DNA of 64,000 bases from a candidate division FCPU426 bacterium (GCA_963840035.1 CAWIXE010000001.1:1056001-1120000); one strand, 5' to 3'; positions 39,938 to 50,150 are shown, counted from the stretch's first letter. Notes: generated from the letters alone by a model not told the origin. Numbers and translations: made by a program.

Positions 39938-41589
39938 TGGGAAAAACACTCAATGAGGAACTTTTTTCCGCCGTTTACAACCTTGACCTGAAAAAAATAA
40001 AGGAATGCCTGAATGCCGGGGCAGATGTAAATGCCAGGGGGTTCGGTTCCTACAGCGTGCTCGGGCTTGCGGTGGAAAAAGGGGACCTTAATATAATCAG
40101 GGAACTTGTGCACGCGGGGGCAAAACTTGACACCATGCAGGGGAAAGTCGGTTCGGAGCTGATAAGCGCGATTAAAAAAGGGGCTACGGGCATAGCGGTG
40201 ATGCTCATAAAAGCCGGGGCTAACATAAACGCCGAGGATTTTGACCACAATACAGTGCTCATGATAGCGGCAGGAAAAGGGAACATGGATGTTGTAAGCG
40301 AGTTGCTGGAAAATAAAGCGGATGTAAACGCGAAGAACCTCGATAACAATACAGCGCTTATACTGGCGTGCCAGAAAAACAGCATTGAGGTTGTGAGGGC
40401 CCTGTTAAAAGCCGGGGCGGATGTCCATGCGAAAGGCAACGCGAGAAAAAGCCCTGTCATCATCGCTTCAGAAAGCGGCGCGACACAGATAGTCAAGCAG
40501 CTTATCAAGGCGGGGGCTGATGTCAACGACAGGGACTTCGACGGAAACACGCCGCTTATACTTGCCACAATAAAAGGGGACACTGAAACTGTAAAAGAAC
40601 TCATACTGGCGGGCGCCGATGTCAACCTTAAAGGCTACGGAAACTATACCGCGCTTATACTTGCCGTGGAAAACGGCCACAGTGACATCATTAAGGAACT
40701 TCTGCTTGTCAAGCCAAAGGTCAACGAGGAAAACAATGACGGAGAGACCGCGCTTATAGTGGCCGTAAAAAAAGGGGACACGGAAACGGCGGCGGAGCTT
40801 ATCAAGGCGGGTGCCCATGTAAATTCAAGGGACCTTCACGGGGAGCCCATACTCATGCTGGCCATAGAAAAAAAGGACCACAGGATGGCATCGCTGCTAA
40901 TTGAGGCGGGCGCGTCGACTGACGGCCGCGACGCTAAAAAAAATACCGCCCTGATTTACGCCGCGGAAAAGGGCGATTACGAGACTGTGGATATGCTCAT
41001 TAAAGCGAAGTCGGACGTAAATGGCAGGGGGTTCGGCACATATTCGCCGCTGTTCTTTGCGGCAAAAAACGGCCACTTAAAGGTGGTTGAAAGGCTCATG
41101 GAAGCCGGCGCTGACATAAACGCCCGCGGTTACGGCAGGTACACTCCGCTTCATTTTGCCGTGGAAAACAGGTATTTTGAGATTGCCATAAAACTGATAA
41201 AAGCCGGGGCTGACATCGGCGCAAAAAATCTTTTTGGATCCACGCCTTTCATCATAGCCGCGGACAAAGGATACTCGCTTATAGCCTTTGAATTATTGAA
41301 TGCCGGCTCCGATGTCAACGCGAAAGACAGCAATTTGAATACCTCACTGATACTTGCGGCTGAAAAAGGCCATGACGACCTGATATCGCTGCTTGCGCGT
41401 GGAGGGGCTTATATAAACTCGGCGAATAAGGACGGGGATACGGCATTGATGCTGGCCGCGCGGGAAGGGCATGAAGATTCTGTGAAAAAACTTATTGCGC
41501 TTGGAGCGGACAGGTCCATTAAAAATACTGAAGGTAAGGACGCGGCGGCTCTTGCCACGCCAAATGTGAGGAAACTGCTGGATGCATGA
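39937..41589 (+). CDS. Ankyrin repeat protein (about 15-16 repeats)
   Basis: 33-aa T.L..A...G...V..LI.AGADVN repeats; TAATG stop/start overlap. Confidence 0.93.
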   Translation: MGKTLNEELFSAVYNLDLKKIKECLNAGADVNARGFGSYSVLGLAVEKGDLNIIRELVHAGAKLDTMQGKVGSELISAIKKGATGIAVMLIKAGANINAEDFDHNTVLMIAAGKGNMDVVSELLENKADVNAKNLDNNTALILACQKNSIEVVRALLKAGADVHAKGNARKSPVIIASESGATQIVKQLIKAGADVNDRDFDGNTPLILATIKGDTETVKELILAGADVNLKGYGNYTALILAVENGHSDIIKELLLVKPKVNEENNDGETALIVAVKKGDTETAAELIKAGAHVNSRDLHGEPILMLAIEKKDHRMASLLIEAGASTDGRDAKKNTALIYAAEKGDYETVDMLIKAKSDVNGRGFGTYSPLFFAAKNGHLKVVERLMEAGADINARGYGRYTPLHFAVENRYFEIAIKLIKAGADIGAKNLFGSTPFIIAADKGYSLIAFELLNAGSDVNAKDSNLNTSLILAAEKGHDDLISLLARGGAYINSANKDGDTALMLAAREGHEDSVKKLIALGADRSIKNTEGKDAAALATPNVRKLLDA

Positions 41590-42000
41590 TTACGGGCGTT
41601 TGTTCTTATCCGTGATCTTTTTTCTTACGTCAATTCTCTCAAAAATCTCATCGATCTTTTTCATGAGTTTTGTCGGGGAAAATGGTTTTGTGACATAATC
41701 CAGCCCGGAAAGTTTCAGCCCCTGGTCGATATCGGCGCGGGATGTTCTGGCGCTTAAGAAAATAACCGGAGGCGTATGGGAGTGCATATTAAGCCGCATT
41801 TGTTTGACTGTTTCAAAACCGTCCATGCCCGGCATCATGACATCCATTATAATCAGTTCGGGGTGGGTTTCACCGGCACAATCGACGGCTTCTTTGCCGT
41901 TTACAGCGGTTATGACATCATATTTTTCTGAAAGGGTTTCTTTTACCGCGGATAGGATTTCGGGTTCATCATCCACCGCGAGGATTTTTCTGCGCTCCAT
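41590..42000 (-). CDS. Single-domain response regulator
   Basis: AVDDEPE, MDVMMP, FLSA, YVTKPF; RBS AGGAGG. Confidence 0.9.
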   Translation of the reverse strand: MERRKILAVDDEPEILSAVKETLSEKYDVITAVNGKEAVDCAGETHPELIIMDVMMPGMDGFETVKQMRLNMHSHTPPVIFLSARTSRADIDQGLKLSGLDYVTKPFSPTKLMKKIDEIFERIDVRKKITDKNKRP

Positions 42001-42087
42001 TTTGCACCTCCTTATGTAATAATGATATCATATTAAGTATTGAAAAAAAGGAAAATTTTTAAATTTTGGAATATCGGGCTTGAAGCG

Positions 42088-42240
42088 TGTCATGGCGGGG
42101 AGCCGTATTTGTTTTACGGCGACGAAGCCGTTCGACTGGTTCACGATGGTGAGTTCATCGAACCACAATCTCGCTTTAACCGTATAAAACAGCTGGATTG
42201 CTTCGCCGGCATGTTACAAATACGCTTCCTCGCAATGACA
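42088..42240. repeat. GTCATTGCGAG-type palindromic element with a nested TTCGAC...TCGAA hairpin
   Basis: GTCATGGCGGGGAG..CGAAGC[CGTTCGACTGGTTCACGATGGTGAGTTCATCGAACCA]CAATC..GATTGCTTCG..CTCGCAATGAC. Confidence 0.65.
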
Positions 42241-42314
42241 GTTTAAAGTCTGTAAACAGATCTTATCAAGAGCACGGATTTTTTTGATAAAGAAAAACAC
42301 CGCAGGAGAAAAAC

Positions 42315-43439
42315 ATGACACTTGCAGCACTTTTTTTAGGGATGTATCTTCCGGCTATGGCGTTAATAAGCCGTAATATCCCGGCGTATACAAACGATGA
42401 CTGCGGCGGCAAATACACGGCAGCCATGGCAAATAACGGCGGGTATGGTGAAGGCTGGCGCGGATGCAATACGCCTTCGTCAGCTAAACCAACCTGGATT
42501 GCCTACGACCTCTCCGGCGTGGCGCTTAAGAAAAGGGCAAAAGTCCTGCTGGCCTGGTACAACGAGGACACCTCGCCTTATGACCATACGCTTATTTACC
42601 AGCAGCCAAGCCCTGGATACAACAACCCCGGCGCGTATATAATAGAAGCAAATCCCGCGGCAGGCGGGCAGTTGCCTGAAGCCGGCTGGGTCAGGTTAAT
42701 AACAGTTGATAAAAATGTCCTGCACTCAAGGCAGCACATTGTGGACCTGAAAGGGTATAACTGGGTAAGGCTGTCCGCTTCTGTTTCTGACGGGACAAAG
42801 GATAACACGGGTATCGCCCTTAACATGGATATTTATGACGCGTCAAAATCCATAAAGGACGACTGGATATTCATAGGCGATTCCATAACCCAGATGTCCA
42901 TGCACCACCAGGTTTTTGAATGTAAATACGGCAAAGGGACTTTCAGCCAGCTTATAAACACAAAACTTCCCGGTTATTTTCCCCTTCAGGAAAACGGCGG
43001 TACCGGCTATATGCTCTCCACTGACGGCGCGAGGCATATACAGGAGTGGCTAAAAATATTCCCGGGCAAATATGTGGGGCTGGCTTATGGAACAAACGAC
43101 GCGTGGAGTAAAATGACGCCGGAGATGTACTATAGCAATTATAAAACCATGGTTGAAGCTGTGATAAAGGCGGGCAAGGTGCCGATGGTGCCGAAGATTC
43201 CATGGTCCTCGACGATAAAGGAAATACAGGAGCATGGCGCGGTATTAAACGGGGAAATTGACAGGCTTTATAAGAAATACCCGCAGATAGTACAAGGGCC
43301 GGATTTCTGGGCGTATTATATGGATAACCCGGGTTTGCTGTCGCCTGACGGCGTGCACCCCAGCTGGCCGGAAGGGCTTTTCATGTACAGGAAATTGTGG
43401 GCTGAGACGGCTTTAAAGTCGGTGTATAAAGTAAAATAG
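42315..43439 (+). CDS. Secreted SGNH/GDSL hydrolase (possible carbohydrate esterase) with N-terminal beta-sandwich
   Basis: GDSIT, GTND and DGVHP blocks; signal peptide; RBS AGGAG. Confidence 0.85.
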   Translation: MTLAALFLGMYLPAMALISRNIPAYTNDDCGGKYTAAMANNGGYGEGWRGCNTPSSAKPTWIAYDLSGVALKKRAKVLLAWYNEDTSPYDHTLIYQQPSPGYNNPGAYIIEANPAAGGQLPEAGWVRLITVDKNVLHSRQHIVDLKGYNWVRLSASVSDGTKDNTGIALNMDIYDASKSIKDDWIFIGDSITQMSMHHQVFECKYGKGTFSQLINTKLPGYFPLQENGGTGYMLSTDGARHIQEWLKIFPGKYVGLAYGTNDAWSKMTPEMYYSNYKTMVEAVIKAGKVPMVPKIPWSSTIKEIQEHGAVLNGEIDRLYKKYPQIVQGPDFWAYYMDNPGLLSPDGVHPSWPEGLFMYRKLWAETALKSVYKVK

Positions 43440-43475
43440 AAGCCAATAACGTCAGGCTGTTTTGTAGTATGAGTT

Positions 43476-43620
43476 GGGCCTGTGTTTGAGAGGGGGCAAG
43501 CCCCCTCTCTACAGTGATTGTAAATATTTATAAAACCTGTAGAGAGGCGGCTTGCTGCCTCTCTACACAGGAAAACACCCACAGGTGTTATGTAGAGACG
43601 CCACCCGTGGGCGTCTCAGG
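43476..43620. repeat. Composite REP unit, copy 1
   Basis: GAGAGGGGGCAAGCCCCCTCTCTAC-spacer-GTAGAGAGGCGGCTTGCTGCCTCTCT then GTAGAGACGCCACCCGTGGGCGTCTC. Confidence 0.85.
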
Positions 43621-43690
43621 GTAAGGGTACATTCCGGGAAAAGTTTTTATTGTCATTATGGCAATTCATTACACATTGTGAGGGTTAAAA

Positions 43691-46600
43691 ATGGGGCGAA
43701 GGTTTTTTTCATCTGGGATACTGATGTTGAGTGTGTTTTTTTCATATGCGGCTGCCATGGACGCGCCATTTCAGGGCGAAAACAATAACGCGCTTAAAGC
43801 GCGCGCGGAATCTTCATACGGAAAACTTCCCCTTTCTTTTGAGGAAAACCTCGGGCAGGCGGCTGATGGCGTAAAATTCCTTGCCAATACGGCCGGCTTC
43901 AGCGTTTTTTTGAATTCAACGGACGCGGAAATTATTTTTAATAAAAAAGAGGCTGAAACAGTCCGCCTTAAGCTCTCCGGGGCAAACGCGGGTTCAAAAG
44001 CGTCAGGGCAGGGCGTTCTTGCCGGAAGGTCAAACTATTTATTGGGCAATGACCCTAAAAGATGGCATAAAAACATCAGGCAGTTTTCAGCTGTAGAGTA
44101 TAAGGAAGTTTATGACGGGATAGACATGGTTTATTACGGAAACCAAAGGCAGCTGGAGTATGATTTTATCGTGGCTCCGGGCGCAAACCCGCGGGAAATA
44201 AGCATAAGTTTTGAAGGCGCGAAAAGACTGAAGTTGGAAGAGAACGGGGATTTAAGCGTCATTTTAAAGAACGGAAGCCTCACATTCAACTCCCCGGAAA
44301 TATACCAGGGAGAAGGCAAAAATAAAAAGATCATCACCGGACATTATCTGGTTAATGGAGAAAATATAAGTTTTGAAATAGGAGCGTATGATAAAGAAAA
44401 AGAACTCACCATAGACCCTGTGCTCATATACTCCACATATCTGGGCGGGCCGAATTCCGACGGAGCTTACGGAATCGACGTTGACAGCTCGGGGAACGCG
44501 TACATCACGGGCTCCACCTCCGCGACTTTTTTCCCCACAACCCCCGGCGCTTACCAGCCTGCCGAAGGGAGCAAGGCGTTTGTCACGAAGTTCAATGTCG
44601 CGGGAAACACACTGGTTTATTCCACTTTAATCGGCGGCCTATCCGGGACCGACACAGGCAAGGCAATCACGATAAACGGGGCGGGCAACGCGTTCATAAC
44701 CGGTTCGACTGATTCGCCTGATTTTCCGATGAGCAACGCGGTGCAGGCGGCAAAAGGAGCCGGGACTGACTGTTTCGCCGCGGAATTTAACGCCTCAGGG
44801 TCCGGCGTTATTTACTCCACATATATAGGAGGCAACGGCGAAGACGCGGGGACATCGATAGACCTGGACGCGTCAGGCAACGCGTATATAGCCGGGTTTA
44901 CTTCTTCAACAGATCTTGCGGCAACCGCTTCCTGTTTTCAGGACCATAACGCCGGCGGAGAAGATGTTTTTGCGGCAAGGATAAATTCCGGCGGAAGCGA
45001 TTATGGCTACCTTACGTATTTGGGCGGCGCGTCAAACGACAGGGCCGCGGCTGTCTGCGTTAACGCAGCGGGTTTTGCGTATATCACGGGATTTACATCG
45101 GATAATACCTTTCCATACACTCCCGGCGCATATGGAACCTCAAGCGCGGGTATGACGGACGTATTCATAACAAAAATCAACCAGGCAGGAACGGGCCTTG
45201 TTTATTCCACATACGCAGGCGGGGCCGCTGACGAGGCCGGCGCCGGCATCGCGCTTGACGCGCCGGGCTGCGCCTATGTCACGGGATACACTGAATCGGA
45301 TAATTTTTCCGGAATAGCGCCGGGGGCCATACAGGACGCAAGAAGCGGCGGCGCGGATGTTTTTGTTTTTAAGTTAAACGCCGCAGGCACTGCCCGTGAT
45401 TACGCCACTTATCTCGGAGGGTCCGGCGATGATAAAGGATATGCGATTGCGCTCGACGGGGATAATAACGCGTATGTCACAGGCTTAACGCAGTCGCCTG
45501 ATTTTCCAATGGCAAATCCGGTACAATCCCTGTACGGCGCGTCCGCGGGAAAAGCATTTGTTTCCATGATAAACCCGGCGGGGACAGCTCTTGTAATATC
45601 CACATACCTGGGCGGGTCAGGGCTTCAGGCAGGGCAGGGCATAGCGCTTGACCGCGATTTTAATATATTCATAACAGGATGGACCGGTTCACCCGATTAT
45701 CCCGTCACCTCAGGCGTATACCAGCCGGTAAACAACGGTTCTTTTGACGCTTTCATTTCCAAAATAATCACGCAAAACCCTCCGACACCTACACCGACTT
45801 CAACCGCCACAATTTCGCAAACCCGGACGGCCACAAAAACAGCCACAATGACCGCGACTGTTTCGCCTACTCCGAGCATGACAGCCACATATACGCCCAC
45901 AACGACTCCGAGCCCGACATTTACGCCGGTTTACAGCCCGACTGAAACCCCGGATGTCACATCCACGCAGTCATGCACCATTACAGAAACAGAAACTATA
46001 ACGGAAACAGCGACCATAACAGAAACAGCGACAATTACACAGACGCGGACCATATCGCCCACGCATACGCAGAGCCTAACGGGGACTGACACCGGGACTA
46101 TAACTGTAACCGGTACGCCCACATTCACTTTAACCGTATCGGGGAGTCCGACGGTTACTTTAACCGCAACGGAAACCTGTTCTATAACAGAAACGGCGGG
46201 CGCAACACAAACACGCACGGCAACCCACACAGGTACAGTTTCACAAACATATACCATTTCGCCCACACATACTGTAAGCCCGACGGATACAACCACGGGG
46301 ACCATAACAAGGACCCATACCGTAACGCCGACTGATACGACGGTGCTTAGCCCTACTCATACGCCCGTTTATTCAGCGACAGAAACAAACAGTTTTTCGC
46401 CGACCATAACATCGACATGGACGGTTTCCCGGACGCATACCGCAAGTCCGACGAGTACCGGTTCTGAAACAATATCCCCGACCTCAACAATAACGTTTTC
46501 ATCAACGCCGGAGTACAGCCCGACACATACCCCCACAATAACGGCAACAGGGACCATAACGGAAACGCGGACCATTACGCAGACGCATACCATATCGCCG

Positions 46601-47347
46601 ACGCATACCGTAAGCCCCACAGACACGGAAACTGAAACCGTAACGCCGACAGGCACCATAACAGGGACTTATTCCGTGAGCCCTACACGGACCCATACGG
46701 CTACAATAACAATGACAGCCACAGATACTCTGACTTCAACTGACACGCCGACATCCACACCGACGGAGTCATGGACGCAGACGCAAACAGCCACCCGGAC
46801 GTTTACAGCCACAGAAACCCATACTCCTTCACAGACGGGAACGGACACTGCCACCATGACAGGAACATCCACAAAAACAGGAACGGCAACGCCGTCAAAC
46901 ACAAGGACGCAGACTTTTACTGCTACGCCGACAGTTACCAGGACAAAAACCGCCGGGCCCACACCCTCAATAACAAGGACAGCGGTTATGCCTACATCCA
47001 CAATGACCGAGGTCGTTTTAGCCACGGCAACCGAGATAGTGACGCCGACGCCGCTCCCGACGCCGCATATTCCGGAGAACACAATGATAATTTTCCCGAT
47101 GCCGGTGGATAAGGAAGGCAAGATTAAATATTTTATGGCGGAATCCGGCTGGGTAAAGATACGCATTTATAACGAGATCGGCGATCTGGCTTTTTCGCAG
47201 GTTGACAATAAGTCTTTTGGAGAACAAATATCAGTTTTTAACGCGTCAAAGATTTCATTCGGGGTGTACTTCTGCATCATTACAAGGCAGTACGATTCCG
47301 GAAAAAGCGACTCGACAGGAGTTAAGAAGTTCATTGTGACGCACTAA
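43691..47347 (+). CDS. Secreted SBBP beta-propeller protein with about 430-aa Thr-rich stalk and T9SS-like C-terminal domain
   Basis: LPLSFEENLGQ, LEYDFIVAPGA, IDPVLIYSTYLGG, repeated IAVD..GNAYITG.T.S.DFP; IFPMP...GVYF...KKFIVTH. Confidence 0.88.
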   Translation: MGRRFFSSGILMLSVFFSYAAAMDAPFQGENNNALKARAESSYGKLPLSFEENLGQAADGVKFLANTAGFSVFLNSTDAEIIFNKKEAETVRLKLSGANAGSKASGQGVLAGRSNYLLGNDPKRWHKNIRQFSAVEYKEVYDGIDMVYYGNQRQLEYDFIVAPGANPREISISFEGAKRLKLEENGDLSVILKNGSLTFNSPEIYQGEGKNKKIITGHYLVNGENISFEIGAYDKEKELTIDPVLIYSTYLGGPNSDGAYGIDVDSSGNAYITGSTSATFFPTTPGAYQPAEGSKAFVTKFNVAGNTLVYSTLIGGLSGTDTGKAITINGAGNAFITGSTDSPDFPMSNAVQAAKGAGTDCFAAEFNASGSGVIYSTYIGGNGEDAGTSIDLDASGNAYIAGFTSSTDLAATASCFQDHNAGGEDVFAARINSGGSDYGYLTYLGGASNDRAAAVCVNAAGFAYITGFTSDNTFPYTPGAYGTSSAGMTDVFITKINQAGTGLVYSTYAGGAADEAGAGIALDAPGCAYVTGYTESDNFSGIAPGAIQDARSGGADVFVFKLNAAGTARDYATYLGGSGDDKGYAIALDGDNNAYVTGLTQSPDFPMANPVQSLYGASAGKAFVSMINPAGTALVISTYLGGSGLQAGQGIALDRDFNIFITGWTGSPDYPVTSGVYQPVNNGSFDAFISKIITQNPPTPTPTSTATISQTRTATKTATMTATVSPTPSMTATYTPTTTPSPTFTPVYSPTETPDVTSTQSCTITETETITETATITETATITQTRTISPTHTQSLTGTDTGTITVTGTPTFTLTVSGSPTVTLTATETCSITETAGATQTRTATHTGTVSQTYTISPTHTVSPTDTTTGTITRTHTVTPTDTTVLSPTHTPVYSATETNSFSPTITSTWTVSRTHTASPTSTGSETISPTSTITFSSTPEYSPTHTPTITATGTITETRTITQTHTISPTHTVSPTDTETETVTPTGTITGTYSVSPTRTHTATITMTATDTLTSTDTPTSTPTESWTQTQTATRTFTATETHTPSQTGTDTATMTGTSTKTGTATPSNTRTQTFTATPTVTRTKTAGPTPSITRTAVMPTSTMTEVVLATATEIVTPTPLPTPHIPENTMIIFPMPVDKEGKIKYFMAESGWVKIRIYNEIGDLAFSQVDNKSFGEQISVFNASKISFGVYFCIITRQYDSGKSDSTGVKKFIVTH

Positions 47348-47369
47348 AACGCGGCGGATGGGCAAAAAA

Positions 47370-48722
47370 ATGAAAAAAATTCCATGGATAGTCTTATTTA
47401 CAGCTGCGGCGCAGTTTTTGCTGGCGGACGGAACCCTGCCCGGCGGAAGGATAAGCATGCCTGTTTTAAGCCAGAACGGTTCGGCGCGCGCCATGGCCAT
47501 CGGGTCGGCGTATGTAAGCGTCGCGGAGGATTCCGCCTCGCTTATGTGGAACCCGGCAGGTTTGGCCGGGCTTGATGAAATGGAATTGGGAATACATCAT
47601 AACAGCGGTCTGGCCGGATCCACGCAGGAGATAATACTCATCGGGATAAAGAACAGGCAAATCGGCGGTTTTGCAGCATCTGTCAGTCTTGCCAATAACG
47701 GGCTTTTTGAGGAACGCGACAGCCTTGGGAATTTAACAGGAACGGATACGGCAGGCAGTATGGGTTTCAACCTGGGCTGGGGCAGGCAATGGTTCCCGGG
47801 ATTTTCGGCGGGAATATCGGTTAAGGCAAACAAACAGTCTTTGGCAGGCCGGGAGTATGATTCCATTGCGGCCGACGCAGGCATTATATGGAAAATATTA
47901 CCGTTGGTGAATGCCGGAGCCGCTTATTATAATTTTAATATTATTCCCGGAAGGGCAAATCTGTCGTCCGGATTGCGCGCGGGTATATCCTTAACCATCG
48001 GAAGCCCTGAAACAAACAGCCTGCTTATCGCTCTTGCCACAGAGATACAGTCAGGAGGCATCATACGCTCAAATGTCGGGATTGAAGATACTATACTGAA
48101 AATATTCGCGGTCCGTCTCGGATATGTGATGACGCCTTCAAATCCGGAGTCGGAAGGCCTAACTGGCTTGACCGTGGGGCTCGGTTTTAAAGTGCAGGAC
48201 ATCAGGCTGGATTACGCGTGCATACCATTTGACTCCCTGGGGACTTCAAACAGGTTCAGCCTTACTTACGAATTTACCGGAGTATTCGAAACAGCCCCTG
48301 TGAAAAATGAATACACGGTTTCAGCAATCAGCCCGGGATATATACCGAAACCTGACGCGCTAAAGATGGTTGTCTTTGAGGACGTGCGTTTTGAATTTGA
48401 CAGCGCGGACTTAAGCGAGGAAGCCATAAGGATAATCCGGAGGAATATAAGGATGCTCAAAGAGCACCCTAAAATAAAAGTGCTCATTGAGGGGCACGCA
48501 TGCAAAATAGGCTCGGAAGCTTTTAATGTTTTTTTGAGCCTGCTGCGTGCGCAGTCCATCAAGGATTTCATCCTGAAGGACGGCGGCATATCATCCGAGA
48601 GGGTCGGCATAATCGGATACGGCGATAAAAGGCCCGTTACGTATGAGTACATACCCGAGGATATTAATTCGGACGCGGCAAAGTTAAACAGAAGGGGCGT
48701 ATTTAACATACTGGTCGAATAA
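47370..48722 (+). CDS. PorV/PorQ (UPF0164)-like outer-membrane barrel fused to an OmpA_C peptidoglycan-binding domain
   Basis: SARAMAIGSAY..A.DSASLMWNPAGL, G.GF....RLDYA...LGTSNRFSL; FEFDSADL, IEGHA, LSLLRA, GYG, NRR. Confidence 0.8.
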   Translation: MKKIPWIVLFTAAAQFLLADGTLPGGRISMPVLSQNGSARAMAIGSAYVSVAEDSASLMWNPAGLAGLDEMELGIHHNSGLAGSTQEIILIGIKNRQIGGFAASVSLANNGLFEERDSLGNLTGTDTAGSMGFNLGWGRQWFPGFSAGISVKANKQSLAGREYDSIAADAGIIWKILPLVNAGAAYYNFNIIPGRANLSSGLRAGISLTIGSPETNSLLIALATEIQSGGIIRSNVGIEDTILKIFAVRLGYVMTPSNPESEGLTGLTVGLGFKVQDIRLDYACIPFDSLGTSNRFSLTYEFTGVFETAPVKNEYTVSAISPGYIPKPDALKMVVFEDVRFEFDSADLSEEAIRIIRRNIRMLKEHPKIKVLIEGHACKIGSEAFNVFLSLLRAQSIKDFILKDGGISSERVGIIGYGDKRPVTYEYIPEDINSDAAKLNRRGVFNILVE

Positions 48723-48740
48723 TAAAAAGAGGCGCAAAAA

Positions 48741-49714
48741 TTGAGTGTGAAGAAATTTGTAATGACAATGTTTCTGCTTACAGCTGCGCACGCGGTATAT
48801 GCCGGGAATACGCTTCCGGCGGCAGCCTTGCCATGCCCTTTTTACAGCAGAACGGGACTGCGCGCGCAATGGGCCTCGGGTCCTCATACGTGAGTATTGC
48901 GCAGGGCGCGTCGGCGCTGCTGTGGAACCCGGCAGGCCTCGGATACATGGCAAACAGCGAGATAGGGCTTCATCATGACAGCGGGCTGGATAATTCAATG
49001 AAAGAGCTCCTTGTCTTCGGCATGAACTTTGGCGAACCGGGCGGATTCGCGGCGGCTGTGAATTATTCCGATAACGGCTCCTTTGAAACCCGCGACGGGT
49101 CAGGGGAACTTACAGGGATTGATACCGCAGGCGGGTTCGGAGCCGGTATAGGGTGGGGTAAGATAGTATATCCGGGAATTTCCGCAGGCGCAGCCATAAA
49201 GATTTACAGGCAAAATCTCTTAACAAGGGAGTACACGGTTTTTGCCGGGGACCTGGGATTGTTATGGAACGCTGCGCCGCCGCTTAATCTTGGCCTGACA
49301 TATTCCAATATCGGAAGCAGCTTCGGCCAGGGCCTGATTGCTTCAGGGTTGCGCGCAGGAGCATCATACAGTATTGTTTTATCCGGGACAAATACCCTGC
49401 TGGCGGCAATTTCAACTGAAATCCAGCCAGCAGGTTTAAGCCGCGTAAATTTCGGGGTTGAAGGCAATGTTCTTGGAATCCTCGCCCTGCGCGCCGGTTA
49501 TGTCATAAACTTACCCGGCCAGGACCTTGCAGGTATTACAGGCATAACCGCCGGCATAGGCGTGAAAATACAGGATGTCACAATGGATTACGCCTATGTC
49601 CCGTTCGGAGGACTCGGCACAAACCACAGGATAAGCTTCACATATTCCATCCCGCCGCTGAACCCGGAATTAAAGCCCGCTGCAAAGCCCGTGGTTGAAG
49701 AGCCAAAGAAATAG
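48741..49714 (+). CDS. PorV/PorQ-like barrel paralog; single-base deletion at 48816-48817 separates the signal peptide
   Basis: TARAMGLGSSY...WNPAGL, MDYAY.PFG.LGTNHRISF. The upstream frame encodes KKFVMTMFLLTAAHAVYAGNTLP; adding one C gives TLPGGSLAMP (paralog TLPGGRISMP). Confidence 0.8.
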
Positions 49715-49727
49715 AGGTCGTTTAACG

Positions 49728-50012
49728 TTTATCAACGCAGAATTGGTGCCTGACACCAAAACTGCGTTGATAAATAAAAAACAATCAAAATCTCAAAAAA
49801 ACATACTCATGCCATATGCATATCGAATAGCTTCGTCTCAGCGGGCCTGAGCCTGAGAGGGGGCAAGCCCCCTCTCTACGGTGGTTGTAAATATTTCTAA
49901 GACCTGTAGAGAGGCGGCTTGCTGCCTCTCTGCGCGGAAAGCAGCAATTATTGTGGACAGGAAAAACAGTCCGGTTGTTCTGTAGAAACACCACCCGCAG
50001 AATAGGCGTCTG
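49728..50012. repeat. Composite REP unit, copy 2, preceded by a GGTGCCTGACACC hairpin
   Basis: TTTATCAACGCAG-AATTGGTGCCTGACACCAAAA-CTGCGTTGATAAA; same GAGAGGGGGCAAGCCCCC unit at 49855. Confidence 0.85.
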
Positions 50013-50116
50013 ACGGCCTACAATGTTTTGCCGTGTTTTGTTATGCAAAACCTACTAATTCGTAATTTTACTTTTAAATAGCAAATTTGCGAATTGACAA
50101 TTTCGGCCGGAAAAAG

Positions 50117-50144
50117 TTGCAAGAGGGAAAATTACTGGTATAAT
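50117..50144 (+). promoter_or_regulatory. sigma70-type promoter with no large downstream ORF
   Basis: TTGCAA-N16-TATAAT with extended -10 TG. Confidence 0.65.
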
Positions 50145-50150
50145 TAAATC

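Noticed and set aside
2827..47166. Val-rich ORFs antisense to the Thr tracts (e.g. 2827-3270, 8396-8752, 14198-14674, 45931-47166)
   Set aside because: They are reverse-complement shadows of ACN codon runs, with no RBS or independent features
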